Source: Candidatus Omnitrophota bacterium (lineage in GTDB: Bacteria > Omnitrophota > Gorgyraeia > Zapsychrales > Fredricksoniimonadaceae). Taken from it: a DNA stretch of 64,000 nucleotides. Position numbers and translations under genes: made by a program. Where the stretch lies: NCBI GenBank assembly GCA_903944345.1, contig CAJARJ010000016.1, positions 25,852 to 89,851 on the forward strand, written 5' to 3'. Positions within the stretch are counted from its first letter, which is position 1. Every line of letters starts with the position of its first letter. The notes beneath the pieces are model-generated. The model was given only the letters and a program-made list of their open reading frames with translations, was not told the DNA's origin and did not search any database. Positions 1-8,527 of this stretch are shown piece after piece.

Positions 1-2
1 CC

Positions 3-515
3 GGGGTTTTAGAGGCGAAAAGAGACGATTTGGAGTTTTTGTTCCAGTTTCAGTCGGGGCCGACGACTCCCGCAGCGGTCTTTCGATGGAGGAGAGCGGT
101 TCAACATGTTTTTGAAGAAGTGTGGACTCAGTACTTAGATGGTTCCCAAAATATTTATGAACGTGAAGAAAACGTTTTTTATCTTTTGTACAATGCATGG
201 TCTGGGCAGAATAATAAGAACGAGATAGAGTTAATTCGTAACGCCGTTAAAAGAGAATTGTCAAAAAACGGCGGGGCGATAAAGAAACTTTTGGATTACT
301 TCTTGGAAGATTCTCTTGTTTTTAGTCAGGCAAATCGCGCCGTGTTGCTGATCATACGCGAGGATTTGCTCAGATTCGCAGGGGAGCTGAAGAATGACGG
401 GGAAATAACAAAGATGATAAATGAAATTCCTGCTCAATTCCCGGAACTCAAGGATCAGCGAGATACGTTAAGAGTCCTTTATTCGCAAGTTCTTGAACGA
501 AATCAAAAGCCATGA
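3..515 (+). CDS. hypothetical protein, C-terminal part (5' truncated by window edge)
   Basis: Frame is open from position 3 to TGA at 513-515. It looks AT-richer than its neighbours, and the stop overlaps the next ATG (ATGA). Confidence 0.65.
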   Translation, partial: GVLEAKRDDLEFLFQFQSGPTTPAAVFRWRRAVQHVFEEVWTQYLDGSQNIYEREENVFYLLYNAWSGQNNKNEIELIRNAVKRELSKNGGAIKKLLDYFLEDSLVFSQANRAVLLIIREDLLRFAGELKNDGEITKMINEIPAQFPELKDQRDTLRVLYSQVLERNQKP

Positions 516-1624
516 ACCAGGCATCTGCAAATTCTGATTGTGTTGCGGCAGTAACTTCTCGCGCGTCGGAATTATTTTTTCTGCGCCGTCCCGGAGTTCT
601 GGCGAGTTTATGGGCTCTCGGCTTTTTGTACGCCGCGGCTCTTTTGGCCGAGTTTGTTGCGCCGTATTCTTTTGTCACCGAAGCCCGGGCGTACTCTTAC
701 GCGCCTCCTTCAAAGATTCATGTAGTGCATGAAGGGCGCTTGCACCGGCCTTTTGTCTATGACGTGCAGGCCGCTTTCGATGCCAATCACCGCCGTTATT
801 ATGTTGAAGATCGCACCCGTCCGTTTGCCCTGGAGATCTTTGGCCGTGGAGAGCCGTACCGACTGCTGGGACTGTTTTCCGGTGACCGGCATCTGTTGAC
901 AGTCCGGGAACCGGCCCGTCTCTTTCTTCTGGGGGCGGATGCCCGGGGACGCGATATTTTTTCGCGTCTTGTACATGGAGGGCGCATATCGCTGACCATC
1001 GGACTGGCCGGTGTGGCGCTTTCTTTTTTTATCGGATTGCTCGTGGGCGGGGCGGCGGGTTATTTCGGCGGCTGGATCGACAGTGCCCTTATGCGTTTAT
1101 GCGAGATGGTCATGATGGTGCCGGGATTCTATTTGCTTTTGGCCCTGCGCGCCGCGGTTCCGGACAATTTCACTTCGGTCCAGGTGTATGGAGCTATTGT
1201 CATTATTCTGTCGTTTATCAGCTGGGCGGGGCTGGCGCGGGTTATCCGCGGCATGTCTTTGTCCTTGCGGGAACGTGATTATGTGCTGGCCGCCCGCAGC
1301 ATGGGGGTTTCTGATTTGCGGATCATTGTGACGCATATTCTGCCGCACACATTGTCTTATTCGCTGGCGGCGGTGATGCTTTCGATTCCCGGTTATATCC
1401 TGGGAGAATCCGCGTTAAGTCTTATTGGGCTTGGCATTCAGGATCCGTATGCCAGCTGGGGCAATATGCTTTCGGAAGCCATGAGCCTGGTCAAGGTGAC
1501 CTTCGCTCCCTGGCTCTTGTGGCCGGCGGTTTTTATCTGTGTGACGGTGGCTTGTTTTAATATTATCGGCGACGCTTTGCGGGATGTGCTTGATCCGGAC
1601 AAAGCAGCGGGAGAACGCTCATGA
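512..1624 (+). CDS. oligopeptide/dipeptide ABC transporter permease (OppC/DppC family)
   Basis: LLGADARGRDIFSRL motif, EAA-type loop (YVLAARSMG..RIIVTHILP), ESALSLIGLG..PYASWG and GDALRDVLDP end. Confidence 0.93.
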   Translation: MNQASANSDCVAAVTSRASELFFLRRPGVLASLWALGFLYAAALLAEFVAPYSFVTEARAYSYAPPSKIHVVHEGRLHRPFVYDVQAAFDANHRRYYVEDRTRPFALEIFGRGEPYRLLGLFSGDRHLLTVREPARLFLLGADARGRDIFSRLVHGGRISLTIGLAGVALSFFIGLLVGGAAGYFGGWIDSALMRLCEMVMMVPGFYLLLALRAAVPDNFTSVQVYGAIVIILSFISWAGLARVIRGMSLSLRERDYVLAARSMGVSDLRIIVTHILPHTLSYSLAAVMLSIPGYILGESALSLIGLGIQDPYASWGNMLSEAMSLVKVTFAPWLLWPAVFICVTVACFNIIGDALRDVLDPDKAAGERS

Positions 1625-2391
1625 GCCAGGATTTGCTGACAGTCAGAAATTTGTCAGTTCATTTGCGTTGTGGCGGAGGCATGATTTTGCAGGATATCAG
1701 CCTCTCCTTGCGCCCCCGTCAGGTTCTTGGTGTTGTGGGAGGTTCCGGCAGCGGCAAGACAACCCTGGGCCTGGCACTTTTGCGGCTCCTGCCGCCAGCC
1801 ATGGAGCAGACTTCGGGGAGTATTTTGTATCGCGCGGAAGATCTGGCCGCATGCTCCGAGGTGCGCTTGCGCGCGTTGCGCGGAGGGGCTTTGTCGATGG
1901 TTTATCAGGAGCCGGCCAGTGCGTTCGATCCGCTTTATACTGTTGGCCGGCAGATCGCCGAAGCACTGGAGGCTCATGGCGACTCTGCCGGGCAGAAGCG
2001 GATTGTCGAGCTTCTGGTGATGGCCGGAGTCAAGGATCCACAGCGTGTGGCGGACAGTTATCCGCACGAGCTTTCCGGAGGGTTGTTACAACGGGCCATG
2101 ATTGCCCAGGCCGTGTCGTGTTCTCCGGGCATTCTGATTGCCGACGAACCGACCAGCAGCCTGGACGTGCGGGTTCAGGCCCGGGTTATGGAATTGTTTA
2201 TGCGGCTTAAAGATCAGCTGGGACTGGGGATTATCCTGATTACGCATGATCTGGGGCTGATCCGGCATTTTGCCGATGATGTTCTGGTGCTGGATCACGG
2301 GGTCATGGTCGATCATTGTCCTGTCGGCAGCTTGCTCTTTTCTGAACGGGCTGATTATACACGCCGACTGCTGGAGGCGGAGAGTTTATGA
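1621..2391 (+). CDS. peptide ABC transporter ATP-binding protein (OppD/DppD family)
   Basis: Walker A GGSGSGKT, YPHELSGG signature, Walker B LIADEPT, ITHDL. Confidence 0.92.
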   Translation: MSQDLLTVRNLSVHLRCGGGMILQDISLSLRPRQVLGVVGGSGSGKTTLGLALLRLLPPAMEQTSGSILYRAEDLAACSEVRLRALRGGALSMVYQEPASAFDPLYTVGRQIAEALEAHGDSAGQKRIVELLVMAGVKDPQRVADSYPHELSGGLLQRAMIAQAVSCSPGILIADEPTSSLDVRVQARVMELFMRLKDQLGLGIILITHDLGLIRHFADDVLVLDHGVMVDHCPVGSLLFSERADYTRRLLEAESL

Positions 2392-3203
2392 GTGCGCTTC
2401 TGGAAGTCAAAGACCTTGTAAAAAAGTTTCCCGGCCGGCGCGGCAGCGCGCAAACGGTTCTTGCACTCGACGGTGCTAATCTGGTTCTGGAGTCTTCACA
2501 GCATCTGGCTTTGGTCGGAGAGTCCGGTTGCGGCAAGACCACTTTGGCCCGGATTATACTGGGGGTTGAGCGCGCTGATAGTGGAACGGTGCTTTTTGAA
2601 GGTCAGCCGCTGCGTTATGATGGCAGCTCCGGGCGGGTGGCCAGGCGAAAAATTCGCATGGTTTTCCAGGATCCTTTTTCCAGCCTGGATCCCCGTTTTA
2701 CCGTCAGGGATATTTTGGCGGAAGCGCTTTGCCTCGAAGCCCCGGCGGCTCTTGCAACGCTACGGGAGCGGATGCGGGAGGTGCTGCGTTCGGTCGGACT
2801 GGTCGGGGACATTCTTGGGCGGTATCCCCGGGCTTTTTCCGGAGGGGAGCGTCAGCGCATTGCCATTGCCAGGGCGCTGATGACGGATCCCCGCCTGCTC
2901 ATTCTTGATGAGCCGATTTCCGCGCTGGATATGCTGGTGCATAAACAGATTTTGGATTTATTTCTGGAGCTGGCGCGGACGAGGCCAATAACGTATCTTT
3001 TTATTACGCACAGCATGTCGGCCGCGCGTAAAATCAGTCAAAGAATTGCGGTCATGTCGCAAGGCCGTATAGTAGAATATGGCCCGACAAAACAGGTGAT
3101 GGGTCAGCCGGAGCATCCCTACACGCGGGCGCTTCTGGCTGCGGCGTTGGACTACCGGGTCAGGGAAGACGCCGAGTTCCTAAATGGGAAGGACGAATTA
3201 TGA
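2388..3203 (+). CDS. peptide ABC transporter ATP-binding protein (OppF/DppF family)
   Basis: GESGCGKT, FQDPFSSLDPR, FSGGERQRIAIARAL, HPYTRALL. Confidence 0.92.
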   Translation: MSALLEVKDLVKKFPGRRGSAQTVLALDGANLVLESSQHLALVGESGCGKTTLARIILGVERADSGTVLFEGQPLRYDGSSGRVARRKIRMVFQDPFSSLDPRFTVRDILAEALCLEAPAALATLRERMREVLRSVGLVGDILGRYPRAFSGGERQRIAIARALMTDPRLLILDEPISALDMLVHKQILDLFLELARTRPITYLFITHSMSAARKISQRIAVMSQGRIVEYGPTKQVMGQPEHPYTRALLAAALDYRVREDAEFLNGKDEL

Positions 3204-5515
3204 GTGCTACATTTTACCGGGCGCTGAGTACTACCTTCGGACTGATGCTTATTGGCGTTGTTTTTGGTTCGGCATTTTTCGCCGCAACGATTGGAATCAA
3301 GGATCTTGATTTGTGGCTCCATATGCGCATGGGGCAGTACATAGTCGAGCACATGACGGTTCCCGCGACGGACGTGCTCTCGGCTTCTGCCTGGGGGTTG
3401 CCCTGGAATAACCATGAATGGCTTTTCCAGGTGGTGGTTCATCTGGTGCGGGATTCTTTCGGGATGGACGGTCTGTTATATATGCAGGCGATCCTGGTTG
3501 TTATCACCGGGCTCATTTTTTTGGTTCTAACCTATCATCGCGACCGCCAGCTGGCAGTGGCGGGGTTACTCTATCTGGTTTTCGAGATCTTTCAGTCGCG
3601 CTTTACTGTCCGCCCGGACATGTTCAGTTTTCTTTTTTATGCTGCTTTTATTTATGTGCTCGCCGTTCACTTGCAGTCCCGCTGGTCATTGCTTGTTCTG
3701 TTTATTATCCAGGCCTTGTGGGTTAATATGCACGGCTTCTTCTTTATGGGTTTGCTCTTTATTATTATTGCTCTGGCGTCTGAAGGGATTAAGCGCAGCG
3801 TGCCTCTGCCCTGGGAATGGAACAAGGAAGGCCGGCTGACGGATGAAGAGTTCCGGCGACTTGGCCTGGCCCTGCTGGTGGTGTGTGTCGCCTCTTTGCT
3901 TAATCCCCAGGGGCTCAAGGGCGCGCTGTATCCTTTCGATATTTTGCGGCAGATCTTCGGCGAATCCAGGATTTTTCTTGCGCATATTACCGAGCTGGCC
4001 CGTCCGATCACCGCGGATAATGTTTTTGATTATGAGCATTTGTGGCCGCTCAAAAGCCTGATCCTGGTAACAGTAATCAGCTTTATCCTGAACCGTAAGA
4101 AGATAGATCTTAGCGCTCTTTTTCTATGGTTGTTTTTTCTGGCTTTCGGTCTTTCGGCTTTGCGCAACATGGTCTATCTGGCTTTTGCTTCTTATCTGGC
4201 CGTTATGATGAATATCTCCAACCTGAGTCTGACCGCGCTGGTTCCTTTCAAGGCTGCAGATCAGCGGTTTGTTTTTATGACCGGAATTCTGGTTCGGATT
4301 CTGCTGGCTGCCTGGTTTCTTAACAGGGCTATGGACATGTCGGCGATGTCTTATTATGACTTTACGTATTACGAACGTAAAAGCAGCTTTCTTGGTGTTG
4401 ACGAGCGGTCTTATCCCAAACAGGCTGCGGATTTCCTCCAGCGTAACAATATCAGGGGCAACTTTTTTAATGATTTCAATTCCGGGGCGTATTTGATCGG
4501 GCGGCTTTATCCTGATGTTATGGTCTATATGGACGGACGGACCGAATTGCGGGGCCCTGCTTTTTTCAAGAAGTACAGAAGAATATGGGATGATGGCAAT
4601 GCCAGCTTGTTTGATGAGGCTGTTGCTGCCTACGGGTTGAGCGGAGTTTTTGTTAACACGACATCTTCTGCTGCTCCGGAGAACTTTTTAAAAATGATCG
4701 CGGCACGCCCGGAATGGAAGCCGGTTTATTTTGATCATGATGCGGTTATTTTTCTTAAGGATATTCCCCGCAATGCCGAGCTGATTGCCAAATTTGGCAT
4801 CGATTTTTCCTCAATTGAGCCGGGGAAGATTGACATTCGCCGCCTGGGCCCCACGCGAGCGCTTCCTTATCAGTTTGTCGGACGGGGGATGTCTTTGCTC
4901 GCTATGGGGTATCCGGACCAGGCTTTGGCCGAGGCTGATGCGCTTCTGAAAGTTCTTCCGGATGCCGCCGGCGGGCACAAGATCAGAAGCCTGGTGTTTG
5001 ATCGGAGTAAGAATTATGAACAGTTGTTTGAGTCGGCGCGACTGGCTGTGGTGTATTCGCCAGGAGACCTGCGTCAGCGCAGCCGTCTTTCCTATGCTTA
5101 TCTCATGTTGGGTGACGAAAAACGTGCGCTTAAAGAGGCCGACAAACTCATCGAGCGGGCTCCAAAAAGCGGCTGGGGAGAGATTGCCAAGGCAAAAGTC
5201 TTTGTGAAAAAAAAGCAGTTCTCCAAAGGATATGATATATTGTTGGCTGCTCTGGGCAAAACTTTTCGCCTCAGCCGTGAGGCCCTGATAGCTGGTGACA
5301 TTGCTTATAATGATGGAGAGTTTTTCCAGGCACAAAAAATTTATCGGCTGATCGCCCGCAAGGACAAAAGAAATGCGGAAGCCCTGGATAAGCTGGGGGA
5401 TTCCCTGGCAGCTTTGGGCCGCAAATCCCAGGCCGTTATTCAGTGGAAGAAGGCGATTCTGCTTAAATCGGGAGATGAAGATATCCGAAAGAAGATATCC
5501 GAGGCGGAGAAATAA
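3200..5515 (+). CDS. polytopic membrane protein with C-terminal TPR repeats (GT-C-like glycosyltransferase candidate)
   Basis: About 11 hydrophobic segments, motifs DLWLH..G, NHEWLFQ, LWVNMHG, NDFNSGAYL, MDGRTE, and TPR-like helices in the last ~220 aa. Confidence 0.7.
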   Translation: MSATFYRALSTTFGLMLIGVVFGSAFFAATIGIKDLDLWLHMRMGQYIVEHMTVPATDVLSASAWGLPWNNHEWLFQVVVHLVRDSFGMDGLLYMQAILVVITGLIFLVLTYHRDRQLAVAGLLYLVFEIFQSRFTVRPDMFSFLFYAAFIYVLAVHLQSRWSLLVLFIIQALWVNMHGFFFMGLLFIIIALASEGIKRSVPLPWEWNKEGRLTDEEFRRLGLALLVVCVASLLNPQGLKGALYPFDILRQIFGESRIFLAHITELARPITADNVFDYEHLWPLKSLILVTVISFILNRKKIDLSALFLWLFFLAFGLSALRNMVYLAFASYLAVMMNISNLSLTALVPFKAADQRFVFMTGILVRILLAAWFLNRAMDMSAMSYYDFTYYERKSSFLGVDERSYPKQAADFLQRNNIRGNFFNDFNSGAYLIGRLYPDVMVYMDGRTELRGPAFFKKYRRIWDDGNASLFDEAVAAYGLSGVFVNTTSSAAPENFLKMIAARPEWKPVYFDHDAVIFLKDIPRNAELIAKFGIDFSSIEPGKIDIRRLGPTRALPYQFVGRGMSLLAMGYPDQALAEADALLKVLPDAAGGHKIRSLVFDRSKNYEQLFESARLAVVYSPGDLRQRSRLSYAYLMLGDEKRALKEADKLIERAPKSGWGEIAKAKVFVKKKQFSKGYDILLAALGKTFRLSREALIAGDIAYNDGEFFQAQKIYRLIARKDKRNAEALDKLGDSLAALGRKSQAVIQWKKAILLKSGDEDIRKKISEAEK

Positions 5516-5518
5516 TCT

Positions 5519-6751
5519 ATGAAACAGCAGTCCATGCGCAATATGATTACGTTCATTCTCGCCGGGGGAAAGGGTGAACGCCTTAATCCTTTGACCCGCG
5601 ACCGCGCCAAGCCGGCGGTTCCGTTTGGCGGCATTTATCGTATTATTGATTTTACCTTGTCTAATTGTATCAATTCCGGCCTGCGGCGTATTTTTGTTCT
5701 TATTCAATATAAGTCTTTCTCGTTGCAAAAGCATATTCTGGCGGGTTGGGATGTTGTTTCCACCCAGCTAGGCGAATTTATTGACGTTGTTCCGGCGCAA
5801 CAGCGCCTGGGGGATGACTGGTATAAAGGAACTGCGGATGCGATTTATCAGAACATTTATGCGATTAATGATCATGCCCCGGAGTGGGTGCTGATTCTGG
5901 CCGGAGATCATCTTTATAAAATGGATTATCAGAAGATGCTAGAAGCACATCTGAATTCCGGAGTGGATGTTTCCGTCGGCTGTATCAAGATGCCCAAGGA
6001 AGATTCTCCTCATTTTGGGGTTATTGAGGTTGATTCTAACAATTTCATTTGTGGATTCCAGGAAAAGCCTCAGGTACCACAGACGATTCCTTCCGAGCCG
6101 GACAAGATTTTTGCTTCGATGGGGATTTATTTGTTTAGTAGATCTGCTCTGGTCAAGGAATTGACCCGCGATGCGGAAGACATTCGTTCGGATCACGATT
6201 TTGGCAAGAATATAATCCCCCGGATGGTGGCGGACAAAAAGAAACTGTTGGCTTACGATTTTGGACAGCAGTCGGGCTATTGGCGGGATATTGGAACTCG
6301 TGACGCCTATTATCAGTCGAACATGGATTTGATCAAGTCCGATCCTCCTTTTAATCTTTATGACAAGACCTGGCCGTTGCGCACGCATTATTCGCATTAT
6401 CCTCCGGTACTTATGAAAACAGGAGTCGAGCAGAAGGCCGGGTTTGTTGGTGGTGTTTTTGATTCTATTGTTTCTCCGGGTTGTCTGATTGACGGCGGTC
6501 GGGTGGAGCGTTCAGTGCTTTCTCCTATGGTGATTGTCGGCTCCCATGCGCTGGTGCAGGATTCTGTCATTATGGAGAATGTCACGATCGGTGCGCGAGC
6601 ACAGATAAAGAATGCGATTATCGACAAGCAGGTTACGGTGCCCGAAGGAGAAAAGATCGGGTATGACCTTGAGCTTGATCGCAAGCGCTTTTCGGTGACA
6701 GCTTCGGGAATTGTTATTGTTGCCAAACGGACGCCGATTGAGAATGGATAA
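5519..6751 (+). CDS. glgC: glucose-1-phosphate adenylyltransferase
   Basis: LAGGKGERLNPLTRDRAKPAVPFGG, WYKGTADA, FQEKP, DFGKNIIP, YWRDIGT. Confidence 0.96.
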   Translation: MKQQSMRNMITFILAGGKGERLNPLTRDRAKPAVPFGGIYRIIDFTLSNCINSGLRRIFVLIQYKSFSLQKHILAGWDVVSTQLGEFIDVVPAQQRLGDDWYKGTADAIYQNIYAINDHAPEWVLILAGDHLYKMDYQKMLEAHLNSGVDVSVGCIKMPKEDSPHFGVIEVDSNNFICGFQEKPQVPQTIPSEPDKIFASMGIYLFSRSALVKELTRDAEDIRSDHDFGKNIIPRMVADKKKLLAYDFGQQSGYWRDIGTRDAYYQSNMDLIKSDPPFNLYDKTWPLRTHYSHYPPVLMKTGVEQKAGFVGGVFDSIVSPGCLIDGGRVERSVLSPMVIVGSHALVQDSVIMENVTIGARAQIKNAIIDKQVTVPEGEKIGYDLELDRKRFSVTASGIVIVAKRTPIENG

Positions 6752-6822
6752 ATAACCGGCGGGGGCTGGAGCGGCGGTCTGGATTTTTGGATAAAAAGTC
6801 AGTATGAAGGGAGTCGGTCGAA

Positions 6823-8022
6823 ATGGTTGTTCAGCCCAGAATTCGCGGGTTTATTTGTACGACAGCTCATCCGGTCGGGTGCGCGCAACATGTGCAACAG
6901 CAGATTGACTGCGTGCTTCAGAAGGGGCCGGTCAAGGGCGGTCCCGGAAAAGTTCTGGTGATCGGGGCTTCCACCGGGTATGGTCTTTCTTCCCGGATCA
7001 CGGCGGCTTTTGGCTCCGGAGCAGCAACTCTTGGGGTTTTCTTCGAAAAGTCTTCCGACGGCAAAAGAACGGCTACGGCCGGCTGGTATAATTCCGCGGC
7101 CTTCGAGACTGCGGCGCGTGCGCGTGGTCTTTATGCCCGCAGCGTGAACGGCGATGCGTTTTCCGATGACATCAAGCGTCAGGTGGTTGATATTATCAAG
7201 AAAGACCTGGGGCAGGTGGATATGGTGGTTTACAGCCTGGCTTCTCCCCGTCGGGTTCATCCTGTGACCGGAGAAACCTTTCGTTCCACGCTCAAGCCTA
7301 TCGAGGGGCGCTACACTAACAAATCTTTTGATTTTGAGAAAAATGAAGTTACTGAGGTCTCCCTTGAGCAATCGTCCGAGGATGAGGTTCGTCAGACTGT
7401 TGCGGTCATGGGGGGTGAGGACTGGGGTATGTGGATTGATCTTCTGTCCGCCGAAGGACTGCTGGCGCCGGGTTGTCTGACGGTCGCTTATTCTTATATC
7501 GGCCCCCGGGTAACGCAGCCTATTTATCGTCAGGGAACCATTGGTGCGGCCAAAGATCATCTGGAGGCAACGGCCTGCCAGCTGGACAAAAAAATGTCTG
7601 CCATCGGGGGACGGGCTTTTGTTTCGGTCAACAAGGCTTTGGTGACCCAGGCCAGTTCTGCAATTCCGTTTATTTCCCTTTATATTGTTCTGCTGATGAA
7701 AGTCATGAAGGAAAAACAATTGCATGAGGGGTGTATCGAGCAGGTTGTCCGACTTTTTCATGAGCGGCTGTACGGCCGTAAACGCGACGAGATTCCGGTG
7801 GATGAGCAGGGTCGGGTCCGGGTTGATGACTGGGAGTTGCGCGAAGATGTGCAGAAAGAAGTCGAGGCTATGTGGAACGCGGTGACGACCCTGAATGCCA
7901 ATCAGTTTGGTGGGGTTGACAGTTATAATCGTGAATTTCTTAAACTTTTTGGTTTTGGTCTTTCAGCAGTGGACTATAACGCGGATGTCAATATTGAAGT
8001 CGGGATAGAGGGAGTGGCTTGA
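6823..8022 (+). CDS. fabV: enoyl-ACP reductase / trans-2-enoyl-CoA reductase
   Basis: RGFICTTAHPVGC, GASTGYGL, TAGWYN, VMGGEDW, YSYIGP, GTIGAAK, TQASSAIP. Confidence 0.96.
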   Translation: MVVQPRIRGFICTTAHPVGCAQHVQQQIDCVLQKGPVKGGPGKVLVIGASTGYGLSSRITAAFGSGAATLGVFFEKSSDGKRTATAGWYNSAAFETAARARGLYARSVNGDAFSDDIKRQVVDIIKKDLGQVDMVVYSLASPRRVHPVTGETFRSTLKPIEGRYTNKSFDFEKNEVTEVSLEQSSEDEVRQTVAVMGGEDWGMWIDLLSAEGLLAPGCLTVAYSYIGPRVTQPIYRQGTIGAAKDHLEATACQLDKKMSAIGGRAFVSVNKALVTQASSAIPFISLYIVLLMKVMKEKQLHEGCIEQVVRLFHERLYGRKRDEIPVDEQGRVRVDDWELREDVQKEVEAMWNAVTTLNANQFGGVDSYNREFLKLFGFGLSAVDYNADVNIEVGIEGVA

Positions 8023-8134
8023 TTTCGGAGCACAATTAAGGTAATGTTTGCGGCCGGGTAGCGATTGCCGACTTTGTTGTTTGTTAACATTATTTCCGTT
8101 ATCTTGCTGTTTTACAAAAAAAATTAAACAGTCG

Positions 8135-8163
8135 TTGACACTTTTAGTGGACTTGGATAAAGT
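8135..8163 (+). promoter_or_regulatory. sigma70-type promoter for the HTH-smc operon
   Basis: TTGACA (8135-8140), 17-bp spacer, TAAAGT (8158-8163). Confidence 0.65.
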
Positions 8164-8304
8164 GCTTCTAAGAGCTTCGTGTGTGCAGGGCAGGCTCTAA
8201 CCCTCCTTTTGTTTTATCAACAGAGTAGTGTTTTACAAAAGATGTGAACAGACAGGCGTCTGGAATAGTTCGGGTTTAACCCAATTCTTTACCTGGAGTA
8301 TTGT

Positions 8305-8502
8305 ATGGAACAGCATGGCAATCTTATGACCATCGATGAAGTTGCGGATTATTTACGTGTCAAGAAGCGTACTGTTTACGACTGGGTTAAGAAGGGTAAA
8401 ATCCCCGCGATCAAGGCTGTTGGTTTGTGGCGTTTTCGTAAAGATCGCATTGATACCTGGTTAAACCAGGAAGAGGATGCGGAAGTCAGGGTTGAAGCCT
8501 GA
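8305..8502 (+). CDS. small helix-turn-helix DNA-binding protein (excisionase/HTH_17 family)
   Basis: LMTIDEVADYLRV..RTVYDW...GKIPA.K....WRF pattern, with GGAG RBS upstream. Confidence 0.9.
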   Translation: MEQHGNLMTIDEVADYLRVKKRTVYDWVKKGKIPAIKAVGLWRFRKDRIDTWLNQEEDAEVRVEA

Positions 8503-8527
8503 ACGCTTTTATTCGGGGAATTTGTCC

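Noticed and set aside
4811-5734. 307-aa minus-strand ORF
   Set aside because: Antisense shadow of the TPR gene and glgC; no recognisable motifs.
6799-7761. 320-aa minus-strand ORF
   Set aside because: Antisense to the well-supported fabV; typical codon-bias shadow.
8305-8502. Excisionase-like gene as a sign of a prophage or integrative element
   Set aside because: No integrase, att repeats or phage genes nearby; it sits in an operon with smc.
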